Numbered from the stretch's first letter, positions 1 through 11,689 are shown. The stretch is DNA of 64,000 bases from Lama glama (GCA_028534125.1 CM052816.1:58964001-59028000); one strand, 5' to 3'. Notes: generated from the letters alone by a model not told the origin. A program made the numbers and translations.

Positions 1-1198
1 GCCTTGGATAAAGCACTCAAAGCCCCATTTATCTGTGGGGAAAATGTTTTTATTTATTAATGGCCTATTTTAATAATTTTTTGTTTCTCATAAGGTTTTT
101 GTCCCCTGCACAGTTTAATGTGACTAGTTTTGAAATATTTCCCATTTTGAAATTGGAAGGCTTATATTTTATTCCTAGACGTTTCTTCTCTGTTCCTGCT
201 TTCCCAGAGATGTTATCATGGTGCTGTTCAAACACTGAACTACCCAGAAGAGAAGTGTGTGTTGTGTGTGCTGGTGGATGTGTTAAGCCCACTCTTATCA
301 AACTTGGGAGTAGAACGCATTGCAGCACACACACACATGGTTTCCACATTACTGCTTTAACCACATTGCAATTGCAGTAATGAAAAGCAGCATGGGCAGA
401 AGCCCAGGGGCTCTGGGTGTGTTTTCCAAAATGGATTACAAAAATTAGTGGGAAATAAATGGCTTCATGTACAGAGAAGAGTTTGGAAATAAGGGCATCA
501 AGAGCTTTCTGGGAAGAAATGTAAACCAGATGGAGGAACCCAAAATTAAGGATGATGATGAAAGGAAAGAAGTAGCTGTTTGTTTGAAGCCATTGGGGGA
601 GAAGGTCAATTTTCTATTACCTAGTTGTCAAGGTAATAGGAAGGGTGTTGCAGGGCAATCAGCTCTGGGGCTGTGAGGTCCAAGTTAGTGTACCTTTTCA
701 GATGTGCTTGGCTTCGCCTTCTGGGCCCTGGGCACTTGCTCAATGGAGAACCCAGGGCCGCTGCCTTTTCTTATAATACTGTCAGCTGTCCCAGCCTTCC
801 CTGCTTGTGCATGGCTCCACTGTGCTCCCTGGACAGGACCTGCAGCAACCCCACGCCCTGCCTTTCTACCATGCCCAGGCTCAGAAGAATTGTTGGAAAG
901 TGGCATGGGATCTGACTGTCCCAGTGGCTATTTGGAGAGGTTGGGTAACATTAACACACCAGAAGTTGAGGGGAATTAGTGCACCCAGAAGTGTCCAGGG
1001 GTCCTTTAACTAGTGGAGACAATAGGCAGAAAGGACCTGGCAGATAAATTCTGCTCTCTCTTCCCCACAATGGATGGTTCAGAGATGCAGGGGTTCCATG
1101 TGGCCTCTCTACGGACACGTCCTACATAAAGAAGAAACCAGCTGTATTTTTTTGTGAGGCTGTGGCGAGCGAGCTCAGTAAGAGACTGGAATGGACTA

Positions 1199-1551
1199 CA
1201 GTCAGCGCTCCATATCCATGGATTCTGCATCCACAGATTCAACCAACTGCAGATCAAAAATAGAAAACAAAATTCCAGAAAGTTTCGGAAGGCAAAACTT
1301 GAATTTGCTGCTCACTGGAACTATTTACATAGCATTTACCTTGTATCTACAACACTGTTTACATTGCATTTACACTTAGGTGCTGTAAGTAATTTAGAGT
1401 AATCTAGAGATGATTTAAATATTTTGGGAGGATGTGTATAGGTTATATGCAAATACTGTGACATTTTATATAAGGGACTTGAGCATCTAGGGATTTTGTT
1501 ATTCAAGGGGGGTCCTGGAACCAATTTCCTGTGAATACTGAGGAATGGCTG
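1199..1551 (-). mobile_element. MER2/Tigger3-family Tc1-mariner MITE, near full length
   Basis: CAG...CTG termini each flanked by TA (1197-1198, 1552-1553). The minus strand reads CAGCCATTCCTCAGTATTCACAGGAAATTGGTTCCAGGACCCCC...GATGCTCAAGTCCCTTATATAAAATG, as in MER2. Confidence 0.85.
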
Positions 1552-1930
1552 TACCTTTTACTTGCTTCCTTTCCTTTCCTGCCTCCTTTAGGAACTATGG
1601 AGATTGTTGATTATTTTAAATATTGTGTTATTAATTTAGGCATGAGACATCTATATGGTAGTTTAAAAAGAAGACCATAGGGGATCATTACTGGTTATAA
1701 ATAGTTATAATTTAAGGTGAGAGATTACTACAAATTTTTAAGCCACTGCATTGTATAGTAAATATAATTTGCTTATGAAACACTTAATGTATTCACTTAG
1801 TAATACAAGGCAAACTTGATAACAAAACTTTCGTAATAAAATTATTAAGCATTCTGAACTTGGTAGAGGCACAAATAAAATGGCTTACTTTTTCTGGTTA
1901 CTGCTATTAAATACATGCTATTAAAATCCT

Positions 1931-2290
1931 TGTATTAGCTTTCTATTGTGTGTGTTACAATGATCAGAAACTTACTGTCTTAAAACAACACTTGTTTATT
2001 ATATCATAGTTTCTGTAGGTCAGAAGTCAGGCATGACCCAACTGGCTTCTCTGCTTAGGGTCTTGTACTCAAGGAGTAGCTAACTGGGCACTATCGGGAG
2101 CATCCTGGAAGAGCCCACTTTTAAGCCCATTCTGTTGGCAGGACAACTCTGGTTTAGGACTGAGATTCCAGTTCCCTGGCTGTCAGCCGGGGACCACTGT
2201 CATCTCCTAGAGGCTGCTCCCAGTTCCTTGCCAAAAGCCATCTCACAAGCTTGCCACAGGCCCTTTGAATCCTCGTCACACTTCAGGTCT
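1931..2290 (-). mobile_element. MLT1 (ERVL-MaLR) solo LTR fragment
   Basis: TGTATTAGCTTTCTATTG...CTTAAAACAACAC...GTTTCTGTAGGTCAGAAGTC is the typical MLT1 end read antisense. Confidence 0.7.
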
Positions 2291-2549
2291 GAGTAGTTTA
2301 AATCTGCTGGGTGGATACAAGCAACACCATTCAAATCCATCTATGTGCTGATATATTCACTTGACCTGTGGGAAATTCCTACCAACCTGACTTCCTGATT
2401 TAGCTTCAATACCTGTATTAGCACCAGGAGAAGAGAACTGCAAAGAGATGGGAAACCCCAAAAATGGGGAGCCATGGGACAGTCTAAGCTTCCATAGGTT
2501 GGTAGGGTTCTGTTGCTGGGTTCTATAGGTAGGTGAATGGATGGGGGTT

Positions 2550-2950
2550 TCCCATGTTACCCAGGTCCTCAGAGAAGCAGATGCCAACATGGGATTAGGT
2601 ATGTGGAGATTTTGTGGGGGAAATGCTTGTAAGAGGAAAGGGGCAGGAGCTGGAGAAAGTTGGGATGGCCACCAGTCTGTGATACTGGTCTGACCTCTGT
2701 GAAGGAGGAAGGGAAGAAAGGAAGGAAGGCCTTAGCCTTCAGCACAGTTCTAAGGAAGTTCTATCAAGGCTCTCAGGAATAGGTCTGTCTTAGTAACCCT
2801 GCTGCCTCAGTCTTTGGTCTGCGAGTGGCCAATGGAAAGCCTGATCTTGTCTCACGTGTGATGGTAGATCCCAGTGCTTAGCCGCTAGGGTGGCTGGTTC
2901 CCCTCCCTGCAGAAGGAAATCTGAGAAGTGCATTTTCATGGCCTCCCCAG
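2550..2950. mobile_element. Old ERVL-class LTR (LTR16/LTR33-like)
   Basis: AGAAGCAGATGCCAACATGGGATTAGG...GATTTTGTGGGGGAAATGC...GGCAGGAGCTGGAGAAAG motif order; highly diverged. Confidence 0.45.
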
Positions 2951-3689
2951 CAGCAAACTGTAGCGCCTGTCCCTTAGACTGGACCAATGACTAATGATTA
3001 CAAAGATTATCCTTAAGTTTCCGCATCCTACAGTTGTCTGCATGGATAAACTGGAGAGGGGTGGGAGGGCTCTGCAGGACTAGCTGAGCCAGTTCAGTCC
3101 TCTCATAAGACACCACCCCTCCCCTTGCTTTTTGTCTCTCTTTAGCACGTGGTATCTTTATGGTTCTTCGTCACTTTGGTTTTTCTTTTTTTCTTTGGGT
3201 TTGGTAGCCAATTTTAGGCGCAACGTCAGAAGTCCTTCTCATCTTATTACATCTTTCAACAAAAGGCCAAATAGAAGGAAGTCCCTTCTGTATTTCTTAG
3301 GTAGCTTCATTATCCTTAATGAGAAAAATTTTAAATATCTGTTCCAGTATAAAAGAGATAGATTTTCTTTAAAGAAAAATAGGAAAATACCAAAAAATAG
3401 AAAGCAAAAAAAAAAAAATCACACAACAGACTACAATCCTAAAATAATGAAATTAATATTTTAAGTATTTCCTTTCATACCTTTTTTTTCTTATGCGATT
3501 TTGTATTCTGTGCCCCCCCGCCCCACTGTGGCATAAACTTTGAAATTTGCTTTATAAAATAACTTTTATAATGATCATAAAAGTAATACTGGTTTGATAT
3601 AGAAAACTTGGTATTATGAACTCTGATTCTACATTGAGCAATAACTGCTATTAATACTATATTTCCTTCCAAAAAATATAAACAAACCT

Positions 3690-4030
3690 AAGGCAATTCT
3701 ACTTATGTTATTTTGCATTTATTCTTTTAGTTAACATATTATGGGCATGTTCTCATATTGCCAAATAGTCTTGAAGGTGCAAAATTTAAATAACTGCATA
3801 ATTTTCTATAGTTTGGATTGTCCTACTGTATACTTAGATGTCTAATTTTTCACCATTATAGTTTTGTGACATACGTATTTCTCCACCTTTAAAAAAATTA
3901 TTTTCTTAGGGTACATGCCAGGAGGTGAGGTTACTAAGTCAAAGGTAATACATATTTTGAAGGGTTTTGGTAAGTATGTTGCCCGACTGCTTTCCGGAAA
4001 TGTACTAGTTTACACTCCTTTCACAGTGAA
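3690..4030 (-). mobile_element. Old L1M 3' fragment
   Basis: TTCTTAGGGTACATGCCAGGAGGTGAGGTTACTAAGTCAAAGG...GCTTTCCGGAAATGTACTAGTTTACACTCC is an antisense L1 ORF2-end/3'UTR pattern. Confidence 0.55.
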
Positions 4031-5299
4031 TGAAACAATTTTCTCCTCTTAAACTACTCCTCCTTATTTTGATCTCAAATCACTTGAAGTTTCTCTCATG
4101 TATCATGCTTCCTTTATTAGTGTGAGAATGTCCTGGTCTTGTTTTGAGTGAGATATTTTTCATTGAGAAGAGATGAGATTGAGCCTCCTTTACCATCTTT
4201 AGCATCACCTCTAGCAATTGATTTTGATATTTCTTTAATTCAGTTTCTCATCCCTGAATTTAGAAGCTCTCAAGAAGCACATTCATTTTCTTTTGCATCT
4301 GTAGAACATGGAGACTTGAATACACCTATGTCTGGCTTGCTCTAATCATAGAATACTTTTTGAAATTTGTTACTTTTAATTTTTCTGCATTTTTTCAGAA
4401 GGAATCTTCACTATCCTGTTCTTCATTGTTAGCCCCTGGCTACTTTGTTCCAGCAACTGACTTCTTTAGAAACTGGTTCTGGCACAGAATTTAAAGTGAC
4501 AGTATCCCTTCTAACACAGTAGAAAATTGAATAGAAAATTAACTAACTTCATTATGTTCATAGTTGCAAAATGTTTGGCTAGGCTTACAGGTTTCGTTTC
4601 TGACTATGGAGTAGAATTTTCCCTTGTGGGAAACTGGCTGTTGTATTGCCCAAGCTTTGGACTCACTGGCATGTGCTCTAACTAACAGGAAGCACTAGCT
4701 TTGCCTGGAAAAGACCTAGGGACCCGTTGATGATTTTCTGTGAGATTTGGTTCTGCACCTGGGATTTCCAGACTTGGTCAGTGAATCGCAGTGGGGATGG
4801 CGGTGGAAACTCTTGTGACTAGGAGACAGACTTTGTGTGCAACAGCCTAACAGCCTCCACTGATATCTGTTGGCCATTGAGATAAGCACGTGGGCTCTGC
4901 CAGTCTACTCGGGACACACAATCAGAGCTCTTGAGTCCAGAGCCCTTGGGTCAAGACTTCTCTGTGATGTCAAGTTTTTGTTTTCCCACAGGCCTTAATA
5001 TGTCTCCATGAGGCATGTGGGAAAACAGTTTGTTGGAGATTTTAATCTCAAATTTGCTGTTAGTCTGATACCTGAAGCAGAGAATGCATTGTACTGTATT
5101 GTCACTAGCAGTGTAACACTTCAGTTCTTTAGAACTGAGGCCACAGATCTCATTCTGGGAAGCAGAGAATTTTTGCCCATGGCTGTAGCCACATGAACCT
5201 CATACCTGGGGGGCAGCCCAGAGATGATCATGGCAAGTGTGGGTGGACACTCTAGGACCTACTCCTCTGATATTCCATGGGATGAGCTGTCTTCCTCAC

Positions 5300-5407
5300 C
5301 TGTTCTCTTGTGATCACCAGATCCACACAGCTGGTCTGAGGCATGGTCACATCCATGTTGACATAAGAGTATATTCAAATAAGCAATCTGTAGTTTGGAG
5401 ATTTAAT
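5300..5407 (+). repeat. Copy A of a ~108-bp local dispersed duplication (copy B at 8839-8945)
   Basis: Manual alignment gives 15 mismatches and 1 gap over 108 nt. Confidence 0.9.
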
Positions 5408-6049
5408 GAGTCCTGCCCAATATCTAGCCTCAGCCCCTTGTGCCAAGGCTTTCCATGAGTTCAGTGTGTTAAGAAGAACTTGCACCTGTGGCATGACTGT
5501 AATGCCATCTGGGAAAGATTTCCAGAGCCCAGCTAGACCATGCTCGTTTTTGCTAACATCAACTAGACTGGAGAATAAGATGGTGAAAGGGAACTGCTTG
5601 CTTTTTCTCAGAGAACAAGGATAGATTGCGTCTAATGTTTGCTAAGCAAGAGGTAAGGGAAAAGGATCAGGGCAAGGGTCCAGGAGCCTTGAGTCAGGGT
5701 GCATAGTTCTTCTGTTCCTCTTTCGAGTCTACTCTCTGCACACGTCAATACAGGCAAAGCAATGGGAAGATTAAATAAGGGCCCAGAAAACCTCAGCAGT
5801 GCACGCAGCCAATAGGGAATATCTAGTTTCAAGACTGAAACAATTATTATTTTCAATTTCTCTGTTCCCCTCCCTTCTCCTTTTTCTTAGTAAATGCAGG
5901 CTCAAACTCACTTCAAGATCACCTGAATAAACACCAGTGTTATGGCCTCTGGTGAGGCAAGCCTGTGGGTAGCTGGATAGTAATTAGAAACAAAATGATT
6001 CTAATAGGAGGGGAAAAAAGAAGAAGTTGACATTTGGAATGGGGCACAA

Positions 6050-6665
6050 TTTGGATCAGGGTTTAATGCTCTGGTGGATATCAGATTGAATAATACAGAA
6101 AGGAGGACAGGGGGAAAGGAAGAAAATGTTTAAAAATAAGTTAATTGCAGCCACATACAGATCCCTCAGCAAAATTAGAAGCAGCTTGAACCAAGACAGC
6201 ATAACACAACCCTAAATTAATAGACTATAGTCAACTTAATGGCTGTGAAAGCCAGGGAAGCAACACAATGGTGAGTCATTTAAAATGAAATATATTAATT
6301 TTTCGGTGAAACAAAGAAAGGAGAACAAAAGGACTGAAAGACTAAAATGAAAATAAAAGTTTAAATATGGAGATCCCAAGCTCAGAGGAGACTAGAAGCA
6401 TTCCACAGCAAGACAAAATGAATAGTGAGAAATAAGAAGATCTTATCTAACAAAGAAATGATTTTTCATTTGTTTTATTTTAGGCTTCACAAAAAAGGAA
6501 CATAAAAGACAAGTACCAGGAAAAGACATGACACTATGACAGAAAAAAGATGAAAACCAGCATGACCCAAGTGAAAATAAAAGAAGATAAAGATCATTTC
6601 TTGAACAACAAATGATGAAGCTTCACATAACCACTGGAGAAAGTGGAAAGAGACATAAAACTGGT
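6050..6665 (+). mobile_element. Possible highly decayed RTE-clade LINE remnant (endonuclease C-terminus and linker)
   Basis: Broken plus-strand peptides GFNALVD, KNKLIAAT, DSITQ/LIDY and QVKIKEDKDHFLNNK occur in the order of the RTE motifs GDxNAKVG, ENxLVIANT, NQIDY and ARRDKKAFLSDQC. Confidence 0.4.
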
Positions 6666-6936
6666 AATTATTGCCAAGAGACTTAAACCATGCATGTAGG
6701 TAGTGATTATTTATTTTTAAATTTGCAAGTAATCTCGTGAACACATTTTTGTTATAATAATTGTAATGATACAGTCAAAGGAAAGATCCCCATTGGCCCC
6801 AACTAAACCCACTTTTCTTCTTAAAGAGTTTATTGAAAAAAATGTAATAGAAATAATAAATCTAGATGGTGATTATTTTCTCAATAAGAAACATGTATGC
6901 TAGCTAGTCCTTGCTACTCTTACTATGCTCACTTTT

Positions 6937-8706
6937 TTTAAACATTTTTTTATTGAGTTATAGTCATTTTACAATGTTGTGTCAAATTCCAGTGTAGAGC
7001 ACAGTTTTTCAGTTCTACATGAACATACATATATTCATTGTCACATTTTTTTTTCGCTGTGAGCTACCACAAGATCTTGTATATATTTCCCTGTGCTATA
7101 CAGTATAATCTTGTTTATCTATTCTTCATATGCCTGTCAGTATCTACAAATTTTGAACTCCCTGTCTGTCCCTTCCCAACCCCCTACCCCTTGGCAACCA
7201 CAAGTTTGTATTCTGTGTTTATGAGTCTATTTTTGTTTTGTATTTATGTTCATTTTATTTTAGGTTCCACATATGAGCGATCTCCTATGGTATTTTTCTT
7301 TCTCTTTCTGGCTTACTTCTCATTCTCCAGGGACATCCATATTGCTGCAAATGGTGTTTTATTGCCATTTTTATGGCTGAATAGTATTCCATTGTATAAA
7401 TATACCACTTCTTCTTTATCCAGTCATCTGTTGATGGACATTTAGGCTGTTTCCATGTCTTGGCCATTGTAAATAGTGCTGCTATGAACATTGGGGTGCA
7501 AGTGTCATCCTGAAGTAGGGTTCCTTCTGGATATATGCCCAGGAGGGGGATTCCTGGGTCATATGGTAAGTCTATTCCTAGTCTTTTAAGGAATCTGCAT
7601 ACTGTTTTCCACAGAGGCTGCACCAAACTGCATTCCCACCAGCAGTGTAGGAGGGTTCCCTTTTCTCCACAGCCTTTCCAGCATTTGTCATTTGTGGACT
7701 TTTGAATGATGGCCATTCTGACTGGTGTGAGGTGATACCTCATTGTAGTTTTGACTTGCATTTCTCTGATAATTAGTGATATTGAGCATTTTTTCATGTG
7801 CTTATTGATCATTTGTATTTCTTCCTTGGATAATTGCTTGTTTAGGTCTTCTGTCCATTTTTGGATTGGGTTGTTTGTTTTTTTCTTATTAAGTCATATG
7901 AGCTGCTTATATAATCTGGAGATCAAGCCTTTGTTGGTTTCATCGTTTGCAAAAATTTTCTCCCATTCCNNNNNNNNNNNNNNNNNNNNNNNNNNNNNNN
8001 NNNNNNNNNNNNNNNNNNNNNNNNNNNNNNNNNNNNNNNNNNNNNNNNNNNNNNNNNNNNNNNNNNNNNNNNNNNNNNNNNNNNNNNNNNNNNNNNNNNN
8101 NNNNNNNNNNNNNNNNNNNNNNNNNNNNNNNNNNNNNNNNNNNNNNNNNNNNNNNNNNNNNNNNNNNNNNNNNNNNNNNNNNNNNNNNNNNNNNNNNNNN
8201 NNNNNNNNNNNNNNNNNNNNNNNNNNNNNNNNNNNNNNNNNNNNNNNNNNNNNNNNNNNNNNNNNNNNNNNNNNNNNNNNNNNNNNNNNNNNNNNNNNNN
8301 NNNNNNNNNNNNNNNNNNNNNNNNNNNNNNNNNNNNNNNNNNNNNNNNNNNNNNNNNNNNNNNNNNNNNNNNNNNNNNNNNNNNNNNNNNNNNNNNNNNN
8401 NNNNNNNNNNNNNNNNNNNNNNNNNNNNNNNNNNNNNNNNNNNNNNNNNNNNNNNNNNNNNNNNNNNNNTCCCATTCCGTAGGTTGTCGTTTTGTTTTAC
8501 TTATGGTTTTCTTTGCTGTGCAGAAGCTTGTAAGTTTAATTAGGTCCCATTTGTTTATTCTTGCTTTTATTTCTATTGCTTGGGTAGACTACCCTAGAAG
8601 AACATTTTTGAGATGTATGTGAGATAATGTTTTGCCTTTATTTTCTTCTAGGAGGTTTATTGTATTTTTCTTATGTTTAAGTCTTTGATCCATTTTGAGT
8701 TTATTT
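6937..8706 (-). mobile_element. Young 5'-truncated LINE-1 (ORF2 C-terminus, 3'UTR, polyA), interrupted by an assembly gap
   Basis: ORF 7285-7812(-) is L1 ORF2 C-terminus ([30 protein letters not shown]...[15 protein letters not shown]). T-rich tail near 6933-6951; TSD TCACTTTT at 6929-6936 and 8707-8714. Confidence 0.95.
7970..8469. other. Assembly gap of 500 N
   Basis: Run of N characters seen directly. Confidence 0.99.
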
Positions 8707-8838
8707 TCACTTTTGATCATCAGGTAAGCTTGCTTCGAGTTAAAAATTTCTAGTATTTCTATTTCCCTTTTGATTTTGTGGTGCTAAAATGTTCTCGAAA
8801 CTAAAATGTTCCACCCCCTCCCACTCTTCAATCTCCAT

Positions 8839-8945
8839 CTGTTCTCTTCTGAGCACAAGACCCACACAGCTGGTCTCAGAAATGGTCACATCTAGGTTGA
8901 TATAAGGATATGTTCAAATAAGCAGTCTATAGTTGGAGATTTAAT
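8839..8945 (+). repeat. Copy B of the ~108-bp local duplication (copy A at 5300-5407)
   Basis: Shared CCACACAGCTGGTCT, ATGGTCACATC, TTCAAATAAGCA and TTGGAGATTTAAT blocks. Confidence 0.9.
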
Positions 8946-9094
8946 TCCACAAAACACCTACGAAAGACCCAGGTAGTATTTCTAGGAGCTGGAGGAAAAA
9001 TATAAATAAGACAGGGTCCCAGCCTTTAGGAAAAACCTGGCATAACACTAAAGAAAACTCGCAATATTTTAATCCAGCAGAAGCTGGAATTGGA

Positions 9095-9185
9095 ATGACT
9101 AATGCCAGGCCCCAGACTCATGCAGATCTGGGTTTGAATCCCAGCTCTGCCACGTATTATTTGTATAATCTTTAGAAGTTGATGA
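9095..9185 (+). mobile_element. MIR SINE, 5' part (probable 3' part at ~11470-11540)
   Basis: CTGGGTTTGAATCCCAGCTCTGCCAC core. The downstream AAGTGCTCAGCACAATACC...TTATTATT resembles the MIR tail. Confidence 0.65.
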
Positions 9186-9199
9186 TATTAATAGTTAAG

Positions 9200-9480
9200 G
9201 TTTTTGTCATGCTTTGCCTTTTCATACCCCACTATGCCACCCCATACTTCATGGCAGCAGGGCACAAGATAGACCAATCACAGTGTTTATCACTCCTGGC
9301 CACAGTGATTTGTTCAAGCATGAACACATGATCTAACCTGGGCCAGTTAGAGTCCTTCTCTAAGATTTTTTTCTCCCTGGAGCTAGAAAGGAAGAACTCT
9401 TTTTTTCCTGATGATAAGGCTATAAGAATGTAATTTCAAAGGCGTCTGTAGCCATTGTTTCAGTGTTGTGGGAATAGAGA
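9200..9480 (+). mobile_element. LTR16-type ERVL LTR, 5' portion
   Basis: CCTGGCCACAGTGATTTGTTCAAGCATGAACACATGATCTAACCTGGGCCAGTTAGAGTCCTTC is an LTR16-like motif. Confidence 0.6.
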
Positions 9481-9602
9481 ATAAAGCAATTAAAATATTA
9501 TTTGATTATATGTTATTTTGATTATATGTTATATGCATATTGTACATATATGTACATATATATGTATTATTTTTATAAACATAACAATTTCAATTCTCTT
9601 GT

Positions 9603-9748
9603 TTTTAAAAAATTTTTTTTATTTAAATTTTGTTGGTGGGGAGGTAATTAGGTTTATCTATTTTATTTTTTAATGGAGCTACTGGGTATCAAAACTAGGA
9701 CCTCAGGCATGCTAAGCATGCCCTCTGCCACTGAGCTATACCTTCCCC
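9603..9748 (-). mobile_element. Vic-1-type tRNA-Ala-derived SINE
   Basis: Minus strand GGGGAAGGTATAGCTCAGTGGCAGAGGGCATGCTTAGCATGCC...AAACCTAATTACCTCCCC followed by an A-rich tail. Confidence 0.9.
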
Positions 9749-9924
9749 ACTCTTTTGCCTCTCTTTAGATATAATTACAATCCTGAATTACACAAGTATA
9801 TATATGTATACTTTTTTGTGTATTTAGCATATATATATATATCTGACAATTTCTTATATTTATTATTCAATATTATTTACTTTTAAACTTAATAAAATGA
9901 TGACAAACTGTATGTTGTTTCCTT

Positions 9925-10370
9925 CATTCTACTAGATGGGCAAAAATTAAGAAGTCTGACAGTTTCAAGTTGTTGGTAAAGTTTGAAGTAACAGAAACTT
10001 ACCTATCTCCTCTGGAAATATACATTGGAACAGTCTAGCATTATCTTGTGAAGCTGAGTATGAATGTAGTCTAAGACCCTGAAATTCTACTTTTAGGAAT
10101 GTGCTCTAGAGAAACTGGCACATGTGTTCCAGTGACATGTAGAATGACTTATAGAACCTGTGTTCATAACAGAAAAAAAAACCAAACCCAAAGGAAATAA
10201 ACTAAATGGCCTTTGATAGGAGAATAGGTGACTACATTGTGGTACATTCATATGGCAGAATAGTGTGCAGGAGTGACTATGAATGAACTACAGGTACATG
10301 CAACAACATGGATGGGTCTTAGAAGCAATATTGAGGGCGAATGAAGCCATTTTAAGGAGACAGACTCTGT
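9925..10370 (+). mobile_element. Old L1M ORF2-end/3'UTR fragment
   Basis: GACCCTGAAATTCTACTTTTAGGAAT...ACATTGTGGTACATTCATATGGCAGAATAG...CAACAACATGGATGGGTCTTAG. Confidence 0.75.
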
Positions 10371-10379
10371 GAAGAGTTC

Positions 10380-10915
10380 TGTATCTGTCCTCCTAGGCCT
10401 CACTTAGTTGATTGGCCTTGACATCCTATTTCTGGGCTGTGGTGGGAGCAAGGAGCAGAGGCGGGCACCATTTTTCAGTGATCACCATTTTTCAGGTCCA
10501 CCACATTGTTCACCCCCAAGGTGTTGAAAGTAGTGGAGAGGGGCAATGTTGACCTTGGGGGCAAGGTGCAGGCTCACCCTTTTCCTGAACATCTGGACTC
10601 CTGACTGGAGTTGCTTCAGGGGTCAAGGAGAAGACACTGAGGAATCTTTCTTCTCCAGGGTCAGAAAACTTTGACAAGCTCTTCGCGTGCCTTATCTGGG
10701 TAGTCTATATGGCCCGACCTGACAGTCCTTTAATTACTGACTTACTGCCATTGATGACATCTTTGAGATGAGTTTCTGACAGTTTCTGGCATGAGCCCCA
10801 GCTGCTGGGTGCTCCACTTGGGGCCTATGTAGTAGTTACCTGATAATTTTGGCCGTCTCTCTAGAAGATGGTGTAAACAAACTCTCCTTCTGAGATCTTG
10901 GGTGCTGCACACAGG
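10380..10915 (-). pseudogene. Candidate decayed retrocopy of an unidentified coding sequence
   Basis: More GC-rich insert within AT-rich L1 debris. Removing a 10-nt tandem duplication (10771-10790) joins NYYIGPKWSTQQLGLMPET to HLKDVINGSKSVIKGL. Removing a 17-nt duplication (10466-10495) removes a stop after FNTLGVNNVVDLKNG. Confidence 0.4.
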
Positions 10916-10935
10916 GAGTTTATACTTTATTTTCT

Positions 10936-11111
10936 CTGTATTTCATCACGGATCATTATTTTACGTTTTAGCATCTCTAAAAACAAGAATGTGTCCTACA
11001 GTTGACAGCTTCTTAACAATGATAAAAGGTAGCATTTTTTTCTTTCCTGATGATACATGAAATGGAGGTGTGTCTCACAGTCAGTGGAGTCTTAGATTTG
11101 ACTAAATAGGG
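10936..11111 (+). mobile_element. MER104-like Tc2 MITE
   Basis: Ends CTGTATTTCATC... and ...TCTTAGATTTGACTAAATAGGG+TA are imperfect TIRs; internal GTAGCATTTTTTTCTTTCCTGATGATACATGAAAT. Confidence 0.7.
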
Positions 11112-11289
11112 TATGGTTGCCTAATACGGATAATCTCCTTTTGCTCTTTTTCTAACAATTATTTTTATACATCATGATCTGCACACATAAACAATATCCA
11201 CTCAACACTCTGGTATAGAAATGGAGTCATATCTATATAGTTTTGTAGTGGTTTGGGGCAGGGGAACTAGCAACCAGCAACTAGCCAGC

Positions 11290-11468
11290 AACCAGGAAGA
11301 GGCAATGTGAAATGGGAGACAGAGAGACACAAGGACATGAGCTTCCTTGATTTTTGATCCTTCTGGAAGCCTGATTATATATCTTGCCCTGGGTTTCTTG
11401 AGTTGTAAAATAAATCCTCTTTTTCTTGGTTCTAGCATATTTCCATTTCCCACAACCTAAGGATCTCT
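11290..11468 (+). mobile_element. LTR16-type ERVL LTR, 3' portion
   Basis: ...GAAGCCTG...AATAAATCCTCTTTTTCTT...CACAACCTAAGGATCTCTA resembles the LTR16 3' end. Confidence 0.55.
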
Positions 11469-11689
11469 AATTAAGTGCTCAGCACAATACCCAATATTTA
11501 ATGAATGCTCTGTGAGTGCTTATTGTTTTATTATTGTACAAAGGGATTGATTGAGGCTCACCTAAAGTATTTCAAGAATAGAAAGGAAGTGAGAAAAAAA
11601 GTTGATGATTTAGTCCCCAGCTGGTGCTGCTGAGGAGGGTCTTAAAAAAGGGTGAAGTAGAGGTGGGGAGCCAAAGACTGCGCAGAGGG

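Noticed and set aside
6484..6663. 180-nt symmetric coding exon with good splice sites
   Set aside because: All three frames contain stops, neighbouring candidate introns would be only about 36-59 nt, and the peptide fits a decayed LINE better.
7285..7812. 175-aa ORF (and similar ORFs at 26248, 43484, 58523, 63656) as genes
   Set aside because: They are C-terminal remnants of LINE-1 ORF2 in 5'-truncated copies lacking promoter, ORF1 and RT.
7751..8543. Long ORFs of 193-243 aa
   Set aside because: Artefacts of translating through the 500-N gap.
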